Origin: Myxococcales bacterium
GTDB lineage: Bacteria > Myxococcota_A > Polyangia > Polyangiales > Polyangiaceae
Assembly: GCA_043747615.1 (NCBI GenBank)
Contig: JAYTOU010000017.1
Coordinates: 96,001 to 160,000, forward strand
Length of the DNA: 64,000 bases
Direction: 5' to 3'
In this document: piece after piece, positions 47,102 to 56,976 of the stretch
How positions within the stretch are numbered: position 1 is the stretch's first letter
Layout: every line of letters begins with the position of its first letter
Notes under the pieces: generated by a model
The model's database searches: none
The model's input: the letters and a program-made list of their open reading frames with translations, nothing else
What the model was told of the DNA's origin: nothing
Made by a program: the position numbers and the translations under genes

Positions 47102-47542
47102 TCAGAGATTCTTGGTGAAAACGATTCGCTTCCGGTCGGGGCCGGCGTAGTCGTCGAGCTCGGCGGCCTCCCACCCGAGCGACAAATGGAAGCGCTGCGA
47201 TCCTTCGTTGCCGAGTGTCGTGATGGCCTTTAGTCGAACGCACGAGGCTGAGCGGCAGGCCTCGCTGAATTCTTCGTAGAGCAGGCGTCCCACGCCGCGG
47301 CGGCGAAAGTCGGGGTGGATTCCCACGAGGTGCACGTAGCCGGTCTTCACCGGCGAATGAGCGACGAAGCCCAGCAAAAAACCAGTCATCAGCCGATATT
47401 CGTTTTCGACGATGAGGGCGTTGTCGCCGAGCTCATAGAAGAAAATCGGATGAGCGAAGGTGCCAATGGGCCCACCCCACCACTTGTCGATCACCTCGAC
47501 GATGTGATCGAAATCGGCTTTGGTTATGCGACGGGTTTGCAT
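47102..47542 (-). CDS. GNAT-family N-acetyltransferase
   Basis: GYVHLVGIHPDFRRRGVGRLLY, N..S.RFH..LG. Confidence 0.9.
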   Translation of the reverse strand: MQTRRITKADFDHIVEVIDKWWGGPIGTFAHPIFFYELGDNALIVENEYRLMTGFLLGFVAHSPVKTGYVHLVGIHPDFRRRGVGRLLYEEFSEACRSASCVRLKAITTLGNEGSQRFHLSLGWEAAELDDYAGPDRKRIVFTKNL

Positions 47543-47582
47543 GCGGACGCGGTCGTTGGTCTAGAGTCTTATAGCAACCTCC

Positions 47583-48281
47583 ATGAACCAGCAACGCGCC
47601 CCGTCCCCTCCCCGGATCGTCATCGCCCCGTCCGTGCTCTCTGCCGACTTCGGAAAGCTCGCGGATGAAGTTCGCGCGGTCGAGGCAGCGGGCGCCGACT
47701 GGATCCACCTAGACGTGATGGATGGTCGTTTCGTACCGAACATCACGATCGGGCCGCTCGTGGTGAAGGCCATCCGCAAGGTCACCAAGCTTCCACTCGA
47801 CACTCACTTGATGATCGCGGAGCCAGACAGGTACCTCGAGGCTTTCGCGGACGCGGGATCCGATACACTCACCGTGCACGTCGAGGCATGCACCCATCTT
47901 CATCGGACGCTCGAGCACATTCACACGCTCGGAAAACGCGCTGGGGTAGTCCTCAATCCGGCCACGAGCGAGTCGACGCTCACGTACGTGATGGACCAGG
48001 TGGATTTGATCCTGGTGATGAGCGTGAATCCGGGGTTCGGAGGGCAGTCCTTCATCGACGCCGTCCTCCCGAAGGTCGCGGCCATCCGGCAGATGATCGA
48101 CAAGACCGGGCGGGCGATCGATCTCGAAATCGACGGAGGAATCTCCGAGCAGACCGCGGCAAAAGCAGCAAAAGCAGGGGCGCGCGCGTTCGTCGCCGGG
48201 AACGCCATCTTCACGAAAAAAGATTACGCCGAAGCGATTCACGTGCTCCGGCGCGAAGGTGAACGAGGAATGACCGAATGA
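47583..48281 (+). CDS. rpe: Ribulose-phosphate 3-epimerase
   Basis: IAPSVLSADF, HLDVMDG.FVPN.T.G, MSVNPGFGGQ, IDGG. Confidence 0.96.
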   Translation: MNQQRAPSPPRIVIAPSVLSADFGKLADEVRAVEAAGADWIHLDVMDGRFVPNITIGPLVVKAIRKVTKLPLDTHLMIAEPDRYLEAFADAGSDTLTVHVEACTHLHRTLEHIHTLGKRAGVVLNPATSESTLTYVMDQVDLILVMSVNPGFGGQSFIDAVLPKVAAIRQMIDKTGRAIDLEIDGGISEQTAAKAAKAGARAFVAGNAIFTKKDYAEAIHVLRREGERGMTE

Positions 48282-49666
48282 AGCGAACCATCGTCGTCGG
48301 CCTCTCGATCCTTGCGTGCGCGTCAGCGTGCTCGTCGAAGCCGCCTCCCCCGCCCGTGAAAGTCGCCGAGGTGCCCCTCGTGCTCTCGCCCGTGAAAGCA
48401 TCGCAAGAGAACGAGGTGAAAACGGAGACCGCCGATCACGAGAAGCGTCTGATCGCGAAGATGCTGAAGAAGGTGGTGCTCGCGCGCGGGCTTCAGACCA
48501 AGGCTGCGGTGCCCGGCCAGGTGCTTGCGCGAAAGGAGCTCCTCGATCGCGTGCGCGCCCACGTTGCTCGCGAAGTTCCGAAGGAGGCCATTCGTCAGGA
48601 AGGGCTCGTCCTCCAGCTGCTCGGCTTCGTGCCTCCCCAGTTCGACTATGAGAAAGAGACGTTCGCTCTGCTCGAAGCCCAGCTCGCCGGCTTCTACGAG
48701 CCGTCCGACAAGACGATGTACATGGCGGGCGATCTCGACGACGACAACGCCACCGCCACGCTTGCCCACGAGCTGGTGCACGCGCTCCAGGATCAATACT
48801 GGGATCTCGCCAAGCGCAGCGCGTACAAGCCTTCTCAAGGGGATCAGTCGAGCGCGACGTCTGCGCTTGCCGAGGGAGACGCAACGAGCGCGATGATCGA
48901 CATCATGATCGGCGACTCCGGAAAAACCGCGCTCGACGTGCCGGAAGAAATCTTCACCGAGCAAATGGTGGCGAGCATGGCCTCGGGCGCGGGAGCAAAC
49001 GCTCCTCACGTGATGCGAGCATCGCTCGTCGCGCCGTACATCGATGGAACGATCTTCGTGCACGCGCTCCGTCGTAAGGGCGGATGGGCGGCAGTGAACG
49101 ACGCATGGACGAACGCGCCGACCACGACGGAGCAAATTCTTCACCTCGACAAGTACGAGGCCCACGAGCCCGCGCTCGAAGTGAGCACGCCGACCGTGCA
49201 GGCGCTTGCCGGCGTGTGGAAGGTCTTGGACTCCGATTCGTACGGAGAGCTCGGCGTGAAGCTCACCTTCGCCGAATGGATGGAAGCCGCGCAGGCGAAG
49301 AACGCCGCGGCGCACTGGGGCGGCGATCGCGGAGCGTTGATCGTGAACGGCGAGCAATACGCCCTCGCGTGGCACCTTCGCTACGATCTGGGGACCAAAG
49401 CAGATCCCAACATGTGGGCCGAAAAAGCGTATCCGCCGCTCGCCGCTGCGGTCGAAGCGCGGGTGGGTCCGGGCGCGGCGAAAGACAAATCCCCGCTCTT
49501 GTGCATCGAGCGACCGGCCCTCGGTCCTCTCGGAATCATGCGACGCGGGCGCGATCTCGTCATCGTGGCCGGGCCGGTGAAGATCCCTGCCACGGGCGCT
49601 TGGACGAGCACGGCGGATTGCGCAACCGTCAAGAGGTGGATGATCGAGATCGCCGCCAACAAGTAG
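48278..49666 (+). CDS. Lipoprotein with HExxH...E zinc-peptidase-like motif
   Basis: Lipobox ASAC; GFY.P, AHELVHALQDQ, LAEGDA. Confidence 0.78.
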   Translation: MKRTIVVGLSILACASACSSKPPPPPVKVAEVPLVLSPVKASQENEVKTETADHEKRLIAKMLKKVVLARGLQTKAAVPGQVLARKELLDRVRAHVAREVPKEAIRQEGLVLQLLGFVPPQFDYEKETFALLEAQLAGFYEPSDKTMYMAGDLDDDNATATLAHELVHALQDQYWDLAKRSAYKPSQGDQSSATSALAEGDATSAMIDIMIGDSGKTALDVPEEIFTEQMVASMASGAGANAPHVMRASLVAPYIDGTIFVHALRRKGGWAAVNDAWTNAPTTTEQILHLDKYEAHEPALEVSTPTVQALAGVWKVLDSDSYGELGVKLTFAEWMEAAQAKNAAAHWGGDRGALIVNGEQYALAWHLRYDLGTKADPNMWAEKAYPPLAAAVEARVGPGAAKDKSPLLCIERPALGPLGIMRRGRDLVIVAGPVKIPATGAWTSTADCATVKRWMIEIAANK

Positions 49667-49783
49667 CGCGTCGCGTCTCAGCCGAAGCGCGAGCGTTACG
49701 AGTGGGTTTTCGACGGTCTGCGAGCACGGCGGAAAGCGATTTGGGGTAATCTTTTGCTCGGTGATTTCTCAACGGAGGAGACG

Positions 49784-50920
49784 ATGAGACTGGCGGAGTT
49801 TATTACTGCTTCGTCGAAGCAGATCGTTTCGGAGTGGGAAGAGTTCGCGCGCACCTGCGTCCCGTCCCTGGATCTCGCGCAACGCCGCGATCACGTGGAG
49901 GGCATGCTTAAGGCGATCGCGCTGGATCTCGACACACCGCAGACCAAGCACGAGCAAGCAGAGAAATCCAAGGGAAGAGAGGACGATCACGTGAGCAGCC
50001 ACACCGCTGCCACCTCGCACGGAACGGAGCGCGCGGCTAACGGGTACTCGGCCGAGCAAATGGTGGCGGAGTTTCGTGCACTTCGTGCCAGCGTCCTGCG
50101 CCTCTGGGGTGAATCGGAGGAGGCGTTCGATCGACGGAGCCTTCAAGACGTGACCCGCTTCAACGAGTCCGTCGACCAACTCCTCGCGGAGTCACTCGCG
50201 AGATACGCGCAGGACGTCGAGCGTTCGAAGGAGATCTTTCTCGGCGTCCTCGGCCACGATCTACGCAATCCCCTTGGCGCCATCATGATGTCGGCGTCGC
50301 TGATGATCGGGCGAGAAGGACCGAACTGGACGCATATGAAAACAGCGTCTCGCATTCTCACCAGTGGCACGCGGATGCTTGCGATGATCGACGATCTCGT
50401 GGACTTCACGCGCACGCGGCTCGGCAGCGGAATACCCGTCGTTCGCGCGGACATGGACTTGGAGGCGATCTGCAAACAAACCGTCGACGAGATCTCCGCC
50501 TTCCACCCGGGCAGCATCGTTCACTTGAAAGCAAGCGGGCAGCTGCATGGCCAGTGGGACAGCGGTCGTCTCGCGCAGGTGCTGTCCAACCTCGTCGGCA
50601 ACGCCTACCAGCACGGATCGCCAAACGTTCCGGTCGAGGTCACCGTCCGTGGTGAACCGACTGAAGTGGTGCTCGCCGTTCACAACGAGGGCCCCGCGAT
50701 CGAGAAGAGTCAGCTGCGGGACATCTTCAACCCGTTCCGACAACTCGAGACCGCTCGGACGAAGACGAAAGATCCGCGCAGCGCCGGGTTGGGGCTCTAC
50801 ATTGCGCAGGCGATCGTCGTCGCCCACCAGGGGACTATCGACGTTGAGTCGACCGAGAGCGGAACCACGTTCACGGTTCGCTTGCCACGCCACTCGAGCG
50901 GGCCGACGCCATCTTCCTGA
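49784..50920 (+). CDS. Cytoplasmic histidine kinase with RsbRD-N-like sensor
   Basis: MRLAEFI...EW..FAR, HG..R...G, GHDLRNPL, NLVGNA, GLGLYI; GGAGG RBS. Confidence 0.9.
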   Translation: MRLAEFITASSKQIVSEWEEFARTCVPSLDLAQRRDHVEGMLKAIALDLDTPQTKHEQAEKSKGREDDHVSSHTAATSHGTERAANGYSAEQMVAEFRALRASVLRLWGESEEAFDRRSLQDVTRFNESVDQLLAESLARYAQDVERSKEIFLGVLGHDLRNPLGAIMMSASLMIGREGPNWTHMKTASRILTSGTRMLAMIDDLVDFTRTRLGSGIPVVRADMDLEAICKQTVDEISAFHPGSIVHLKASGQLHGQWDSGRLAQVLSNLVGNAYQHGSPNVPVEVTVRGEPTEVVLAVHNEGPAIEKSQLRDIFNPFRQLETARTKTKDPRSAGLGLYIAQAIVVAHQGTIDVESTESGTTFTVRLPRHSSGPTPSS

Positions 50921-51070
50921 GAAACGCGACCGCCCCTGCCGGAGCACAAACGCGTGCGCTCGTTACCCATTGCACCCGATAGAGTCGGAAAGACGCTCTC
51001 TACGCGTAGGCACGAAGCGTCGAGAGTACGAGCGTCTGCAGCGCTTTCCGACACGTACCTCGCGCGATGC

Positions 51071-51086
51071 TGGCACGCGAGGTGCT
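51071..51086 (+). promoter_or_regulatory. Putative sigma54 (-24/-12) promoter
   Basis: TGGCACGCGAGGTGCT has GG-N10-GC spacing. Predicted +1 is near 51097, adjacent to ATG 51098. Confidence 0.55.
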
Positions 51087-51097
51087 TAGCTTTCACC

Positions 51098-53296
51098 ATG
51101 GGGAACCTTCTTCGCCTCTGCGCAGGGGTCGTCGTCGTCGTCGCGTGCGGCTGCACGACACCGCGCGGGATCAGCAACAACCCGCCGAACATGGGCTGGC
51201 CCGGCTCGGTCCGCCAGGCGGCGATCGACAAGATCGATCTCCTCTTCATGATCGACAACTCGGCATCGATGGGGGACAAGCAGCTTCTCCTTTCCCTCGC
51301 CGTTCCGGACCTCTTGAGCCGCCTCACGGCACCGAACTGCGTTGACGCTTCCGGCAACTCGGTTGCCGTTTCGGCGGGAGAAAAATGCGCGGACGGAACG
51401 AAACTCGAGTTCCCTCCCGTGCACGACATGCACATCGGTATCGTGTCCTCGTCGCTGGGCGGTCGCGGCTCGGACGCATGCCCGGCGACATCCACGAACG
51501 GCGCGAACCCGGCGCTGAACGCGCACAACGACGACGCGGGTCACTTGATCAACCGCGCGGGTGCCGACGAGCACGCCGCCGGCGACGCGAAGCCATCGGA
51601 CTTTCTCGCGTGGCTTCCGCCACTTTCGGTTGCTCCGGCGAACATGGGCAAGCCCGCGCCTCCCGTTCCCGCGCTCTCCGACGCAACGCTCCTCCAGAGC
51701 GACTTCAAGGACCTCGTCGTTGGAACGCACGAGCACGGTTGCGGCTTCGAGGCCCAGCTCGAGTCGTGGTACCGCTTCCTCGTCCAGCCCGATCCCTACG
51801 CGGCGATCACGAAGAACGGTGACGTCGCGGTGCTCGAGGGCGTCGACGGCGATCTCCTGAAACAGCGCCACGATTTCCTCCGTCCCGATTCGCTCGTGGC
51901 GATCATCATGCTGACCGACGAGAACGAGTCGACGGTCGACCCAATCAGCTTCGGCGGTCACGCGTGGTACTACGAGCAGTCCACGCCACACGTGAAGTCG
52001 GGTACGCAGATCTGCGCGACCGCTCCGAACGATCCGAAGTGCCAGTCCTGTTACCTGCTGGGAAACGCCGGCGATCCCGGATGCGCCGCGCCCCTCGACG
52101 ACAACACCGACAACGTCAATCAGCGCTTCTTCAATCCAAAGCAGCGTTTCGGCTACGATCCGCGCTTCCCGATCGATCGCTACGTCAAAGGGTTGAGCGC
52201 GCGTCAGGTGCCCGATCGCAACGGCGAGCATCCGGTGGGCAACGGGTTCAACTACGTAGGCAAGGCGAACTGCTCGAACCCGCTCTTCTCGACGAACCTG
52301 CCGACGAGCCCCACCGCGGATCTCTGCCACCTCACGCCTGGGCCACGTACAGCGAACCTCGTCTTCTTCGCCGTCATCGGCGGCGTACCTTGGCAGCTCC
52401 TCACGGAGGATCCGACGAACATGACGGCGGGGAACAAGGCCCCGTTCAAGTCGCTGCTGAACGTTGACGACTGGAGCCGCATCCTCGGGAGAGATCCTGC
52501 GAGCTTCGATACGTCGGGGATCGACCCGCACATGGTCGAGTCGAGCGTCCCGCGCGCCGGCGTCGGCCCGGACGAAGTGCACTCACGCGAGTGGGACACG
52601 AAGAACGGTGACTTGCAGTTTGCATGTACCTTCACGCTGCCCGCACCGAAGGATTGCTTGGCTCCGGAGAATGCCGGCGCGTGCGATTGCGCGACAGCGA
52701 CGGACTCGCCTCTCTGCGACCCGGCGACGAGGACGACGCAGGTGCTCGGCAAGGCGTATCCAACGATTCAAGAGCTTCAGGTTGCAAAGGCGCTCGGCGA
52801 TCAAGCGATCGTCGCTTCGCTCTGCCCGCGCGAGCCGAGCGACACCACAAGTTCCGACTACGGCTACCGCCCGGCGATGCGCGCGATCGTAGACCGCTTG
52901 AAGATTGCTCTCGCGAATGAGTGCTTGCCGGAGCCGCTCACCGTCGGCGACGCGGGGAGCGTGCCGTGCTTCATCTTGGAAACGCTGGCCCCTGCCGCGG
53001 GCCTCACGCAAGAGAATGCGTGCGATCCAGCGAAGGGGCTCGCCCAGCCGGATCCGGCGGTCTTGGCGAAGTTCCTCGAAGGCCAGGCCGCGCTCAACGG
53101 CGATGCCGGCGATCCGCTGGGCCCGGTGTGCCAGGTCACTCAACTCACGATGAAGGACTTCGTGAACGGGTCCTGCGCCGACTCACCGAAGGCCGGCTGG
53201 TGCTATGTGTCCGACGCGGCGTGCGCGCATATCAAGTTCTCGTCGACCGCAATCCCGGCCATCGGCGCGAAGGTGAGCCTGCAGTGCACGGGGTAG
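51098..53296 (+). CDS. Large Cys-rich lipoprotein with VWA/MIDAS-like motif
   Basis: Lipobox ACGC; KIDLLFMIDNSASM (DxSxS), LTDENE; many Cys. Confidence 0.8.
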   Translation: MGNLLRLCAGVVVVVACGCTTPRGISNNPPNMGWPGSVRQAAIDKIDLLFMIDNSASMGDKQLLLSLAVPDLLSRLTAPNCVDASGNSVAVSAGEKCADGTKLEFPPVHDMHIGIVSSSLGGRGSDACPATSTNGANPALNAHNDDAGHLINRAGADEHAAGDAKPSDFLAWLPPLSVAPANMGKPAPPVPALSDATLLQSDFKDLVVGTHEHGCGFEAQLESWYRFLVQPDPYAAITKNGDVAVLEGVDGDLLKQRHDFLRPDSLVAIIMLTDENESTVDPISFGGHAWYYEQSTPHVKSGTQICATAPNDPKCQSCYLLGNAGDPGCAAPLDDNTDNVNQRFFNPKQRFGYDPRFPIDRYVKGLSARQVPDRNGEHPVGNGFNYVGKANCSNPLFSTNLPTSPTADLCHLTPGPRTANLVFFAVIGGVPWQLLTEDPTNMTAGNKAPFKSLLNVDDWSRILGRDPASFDTSGIDPHMVESSVPRAGVGPDEVHSREWDTKNGDLQFACTFTLPAPKDCLAPENAGACDCATATDSPLCDPATRTTQVLGKAYPTIQELQVAKALGDQAIVASLCPREPSDTTSSDYGYRPAMRAIVDRLKIALANECLPEPLTVGDAGSVPCFILETLAPAAGLTQENACDPAKGLAQPDPAVLAKFLEGQAALNGDAGDPLGPVCQVTQLTMKDFVNGSCADSPKAGWCYVSDAACAHIKFSSTAIPAIGAKVSLQCTG

Positions 53297-53338
53297 CTGG
53301 CATGCGGTAACGCGTCGCTGCGCGAACGTTCGCCCCTG

Positions 53339-54050
53339 TCATCCACCGTCGGCGGCGTCGCCCACGCCTCCGTCGCTGGGGATGCCGCCGCAAAATAGCT
53401 TCACCATCGCTTTGGCGTTGTCGGCGAAGAACATCGCTCCCGCTTGCACGCAGACCGCGGCTGGCCCAGCGTCTTCCTCCACGTCCGCGGCGAAGGCCGT
53501 CCCGTCGTCTCCCGCCGGCACCGGACAGTTCACCTCGCACGCGAGCTCCTCGCACTGGCGGAGGGCAAGAACCTTCGCGCCGCATCCTGCGGTGCTCACG
53601 TCACCCGTTGCGAGGGCGATGCATCCTGCTTCGTTGACGTCGATAGTGACCGAGTCTTCGACGAGCGGGCCATACGTGGCGGCTGTTGCGGCCGTGATCG
53701 CGCATCGCGCGCAGCTCTTGTTCGCCGCATTGGCGAAGAACGTCTTGCATGTCGGCGCGTCGGGCAGCGCGTTCAAACAGTCGACAAGTGCGCCAATCTG
53801 CGTCGCGGAACGAGGGCTCGCCCGCGAGCTTCTCGAAATAAACGCCGTCGTGAGCAACGACGGTGGCACCGCAAATGAGCTCCCCGCTAACGCGGTCCCT
53901 CACCACGACGCGGAGACCGAACGCGATGTTCGTAGTCTCGATGTCCGTCGTACAGACCTTCTCTCCGCCTGAGCAGCTGAGAGCGCCCACGACGATCGTC
54001 ACGGAAAGCGCCGCTCCTCGCGCGCGCCGGCGAAGGTGAAGAGAGATCAT
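53339..54050 (-). pseudogene. Frameshifted or chimeric lipoprotein gene (two coding frames joined near 53810)
   Basis: The frame from ATG 54050 (RBS GAGGA, lipobox ALSC) looks coding until about 53810. A different frame (SATQIGALVDC...DAADGG, stop at 53339) looks coding thereafter. Confidence 0.6.
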
Positions 54051-54144
54051 CGATATCCTCTGATCGTAGCATCACGCACTCGCTCGGATCCGCAGACCTC
54101 CCGAGGTCCTTCTCGCATGGCTCGACTCGCGTAGGGCTAGGCTT

Positions 54145-54267
54145 GGTCCTCGCCAGCGCGCCGCGAATTTTCGCCGTGGCGACGGGCACCGCCCGGAAGC
54201 GTGCGACGGCACGCTGAAGACGGATGCGCTTCGCCACGGCGAAAAGGCGCAAGCGATGGCGAGGGCC
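54145..54267. repeat. Long nested inverted repeat / branched secondary structure
   Basis: Perfect 15-bp IR (54168-82 / 54231-45), outer arms 54145-55 / 54257-67, and two inner hairpins. Confidence 0.75.
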
Positions 54268-54270
54268 GCG

Positions 54271-55026
54271 TTAGCTTTCGTCGTTGCGGCGGGCGGCCTC
54301 GATCAAGAGCGCTGTCGTCGAGAGACCGATTTCGTTGGGACCGTCGACCGGACAGGGAACGAACTCGAAGCGTCCGTCTTGCCACGCCATCACCTCGCAC
54401 ACGCAGTCGACACCGCGGATCGCGCCGCCGCCGAGGAGCGTGGCCCGAAAGACCTTGCCCTCCTTGAGACGTAGACGCGCGACGGTGCTAGCCCGCTCGA
54501 GCACGAGGTCGCCTGTCTTTCGCTCGAGGTCGAGCACCGTGAGGAGGCCGGGGACACCGATGTCGGCCAGCGATCCGGCAACGGCAGCCCGGCGCTGCTC
54601 GGCCACCCAGTCTCCCCGATTCTTGCGGAGCAGCTCTTTTTCTAGGCGCGTGCGGCGATCGATGGCGTTGCCGACGCGCTGAACGAGCTCGGCGACCGAG
54701 AACGGCTTGGTGAGAAAATCGTCTGCTCCCAACTGAAAACCCGTCATGCGGTCCTCGGGGTTGGTCAGGGCGGTGAGGAAAATAATGGGGATCAGCGACG
54801 TCTCGTGAGCCATGCGAAGGGCGCGGGCGAACGCCCAGCCGTCGAGGTTGGGCATCATCACGTCCGTGACGATCACGTCCGGTGGCTGTTCCGCCGCCTT
54901 TCGGAGGGCTACGACGCTATCGGATTCGGTGTCCACGACGAAGCCAGCCGCTTCGAAAGCGGTCCGGACCATCTTGAGCACCGAAGGGTCGTCGTCGACG
55001 ACCAAAACACGACGCGGTTTCGCCAC
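54271..55026 (-). CDS. Response regulator with C-terminal DUF4388-like domain
   Basis: VVDDD, TDVMMP.LDG, GADDFLTKPF; GSL.DI...LL..L..ERKTG.L...W..G.FEF. Confidence 0.88.
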   Translation of the reverse strand: MAKPRRVLVVDDDPSVLKMVRTAFEAAGFVVDTESDSVVALRKAAEQPPDVIVTDVMMPNLDGWAFARALRMAHETSLIPIIFLTALTNPEDRMTGFQLGADDFLTKPFSVAELVQRVGNAIDRRTRLEKELLRKNRGDWVAEQRRAAVAGSLADIGVPGLLTVLDLERKTGDLVLERASTVARLRLKEGKVFRATLLGGGAIRGVDCVCEVMAWQDGRFEFVPCPVDGPNEIGLSTTALLIEAARRNDES

Positions 55027-55062
55027 GACGGCATTATCGTTGGCGCGACCGTCTGTGCAAAC

Positions 55063-55725
55063 TTACTTCCAGCCTTTTTCCGGCGGAAGATCGGCCTCGA
55101 CCTCTGGCGGAAGGGGCGCCATCGGGGCGGGGATGCTGGCCGTGCGCGTCTGGGCTCGCACGCCCCCGAAGCCCAATCGCATGAGAGGCACGTACTCCGC
55201 GCCTGCGCTCGACAGATCGCTTCGGTAGAGAACGAGCTCGGTCACTAGCGCTTCGCCCTTCGCCGGCGAGACCGGCGCTTCGCAGAATGCGCGGATGTCG
55301 GTCGGCAGTTTGAACCGCGCGAGCGTGACGTGGGGTCGGTAGGGACGCTCTTCCCGCGCAAACCCGATCGCGTCGACGCGGCGCTCGATCTCGACGAATA
55401 GACGCGCGAGATCGCCGGCGCGGTCGTCCATGGCTAGCACCAAGACGCGCGCGTTTTCTTCGTCAGGAAAGCCCGTCAGTTTCTCGTAGCGCACCCGTGG
55501 AGCGACCTCCGATTCGGCGAGCGGCCTCACCGCGTCGATGATCGCGGACGTCAGCCCTACGTCGATCGCGCCAAAAAATTTCAGCGTGACATGGAGCTTG
55601 GTCGCCGCGATCCAGCTCGCGTCGGGCACCCGCGCGCGCTTTCGCAGCATGTGTCCGAGCTCCACCACGCGCCGGATGCTGGCCACTTCGAGGTTGAGCG
55701 CGAGAAACGCGCGCATCGTCTCCAT
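55063..55725 (-). CDS. thpR: RNA 2',3'-cyclic phosphodiesterase (2H family)
   Basis: MRAFLA, LHVTLKF, RPHVTLAR; lies downstream of cinA. Confidence 0.88.
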   Translation of the reverse strand: METMRAFLALNLEVASIRRVVELGHMLRKRARVPDASWIAATKLHVTLKFFGAIDVGLTSAIIDAVRPLAESEVAPRVRYEKLTGFPDEENARVLVLAMDDRAGDLARLFVEIERRVDAIGFAREERPYRPHVTLARFKLPTDIRAFCEAPVSPAKGEALVTELVLYRSDLSSAGAEYVPLMRLGFGGVRAQTRTASIPAPMAPLPPEVEADLPPEKGWK

Positions 55726-55728
55726 CGT

Positions 55729-56958
55729 TCAGCAGCAAAGCTCCCGGACGAGGTGGAGGCCTGCGTAGGCCGCGAGTGTTTGAATCTGGTGGCGCTCTCC
55801 GGGGAAGTGGCACTCCTTCACCTGGAGCCCGCCGGCCCAGCAGACCGCGATGAACACGGTGCCGACCGGTTTTTCCTCGCTGCCTCCGGTTGGCCCGGCG
55901 ATCCCGGTGAGCGCGAGCCCCACGTCGGCGCCGGAGATTTCGCGAACGCGCTCGGCCATCGCTGCGGCAACCTCCGAGCTGACCGCTCCGTGCCCGCGGA
56001 TGACGTCTTCTTCGACGCCCAAGAGCTTCGTTTTTGCGCTGTTTGCGTAGGTTACGGCGTCGACCAAGAGATACTCGCTGGCGCCAGGCTCGCGGGTGAT
56101 CATGTGGCCGACGAGACCGCCGGTGCACGACTCGGCAACGGCGAGCGTGTAGCCCTTGGTCCGGAGCGCGCGGCCGATCACACCAGCGAACGACTGGTCT
56201 GCCTCGCCGTAGACGACGTCGGTGAGCCTGCTTCGCACCTCGACCGTCGCGCGCTCGCAGAGGTCGCGGGCGGCGGCGTGGGAGACACCTCGGGCAAGGA
56301 CCTTCACTTCGATCTCGGGAAAGTGCGCGCGGTAGCCGAGAGTCACTCCGGGGAAGGCGGTCTCGACGCCCGTCAATCGCTCGCCCACCGTGCTCTCACC
56401 GATGCCAAAGGTACGAAGACGGATCTGGTAGGCGTCGTTCGGAGCGAGCGGGCGAATGCGGGGCGCAACTTGCTCTTCGAACATCCGCTTCATCTCGGTG
56501 GGGACGCCGGGCATGAAGAACGCGACCGCGTTTCCGATGCGGAGCGAGAAGCCTGCGGCGGTGCCGATGGGATTGGGGAGGATCACCGATCCTTCGGGGA
56601 AATCAGCCTGTTTCGCGTTCGACTCACCCATCACACGGTTGAACTTTTCGAAGCGACGGCGAATGTGATCGAGCGAAGCTTCGTCGCGAAGGAGACGAAC
56701 GCCGAGTGCGGTCGCCGCCGCCTCCGTGGTCAGATCGTCGGTGGTCGGCCCGAGACCGCCGGTGCAGATGATGACGGCGACCGATCGCCCAAGACGCTCG
56801 AGCGCCTGGATGATGCGCTTTTTTTCGTCATCGACGACGACGCTCTCGATCACCTCGAAGCCAATGTCGGTCAGTGCCGAGCCGAGCCACGAAGCGTTCG
56901 TGTTGACCAGCTCGCCGCGGGTGAGCTCGGTCCCAATGCAGAGAACTGCGCATGTCAT
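55729..56958 (-). CDS. cinA: Competence/damage-inducible protein CinA (MocF + PncC domains)
   Basis: IGTEL..G...NTN, TGGLGPTTDDLT, PGVP.EM, AESCTGGL, TGIAGP.GG...KPVGTV. Confidence 0.94.
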   Translation of the reverse strand: MTCAVLCIGTELTRGELVNTNASWLGSALTDIGFEVIESVVVDDEKKRIIQALERLGRSVAVIICTGGLGPTTDDLTTEAAATALGVRLLRDEASLDHIRRRFEKFNRVMGESNAKQADFPEGSVILPNPIGTAAGFSLRIGNAVAFFMPGVPTEMKRMFEEQVAPRIRPLAPNDAYQIRLRTFGIGESTVGERLTGVETAFPGVTLGYRAHFPEIEVKVLARGVSHAAARDLCERATVEVRSRLTDVVYGEADQSFAGVIGRALRTKGYTLAVAESCTGGLVGHMITREPGASEYLLVDAVTYANSAKTKLLGVEEDVIRGHGAVSSEVAAAMAERVREISGADVGLALTGIAGPTGGSEEKPVGTVFIAVCWAGGLQVKECHFPGERHQIQTLAAYAGLHLVRELCC

Positions 56959-56976
56959 GGATCGCCGATCGTACAC

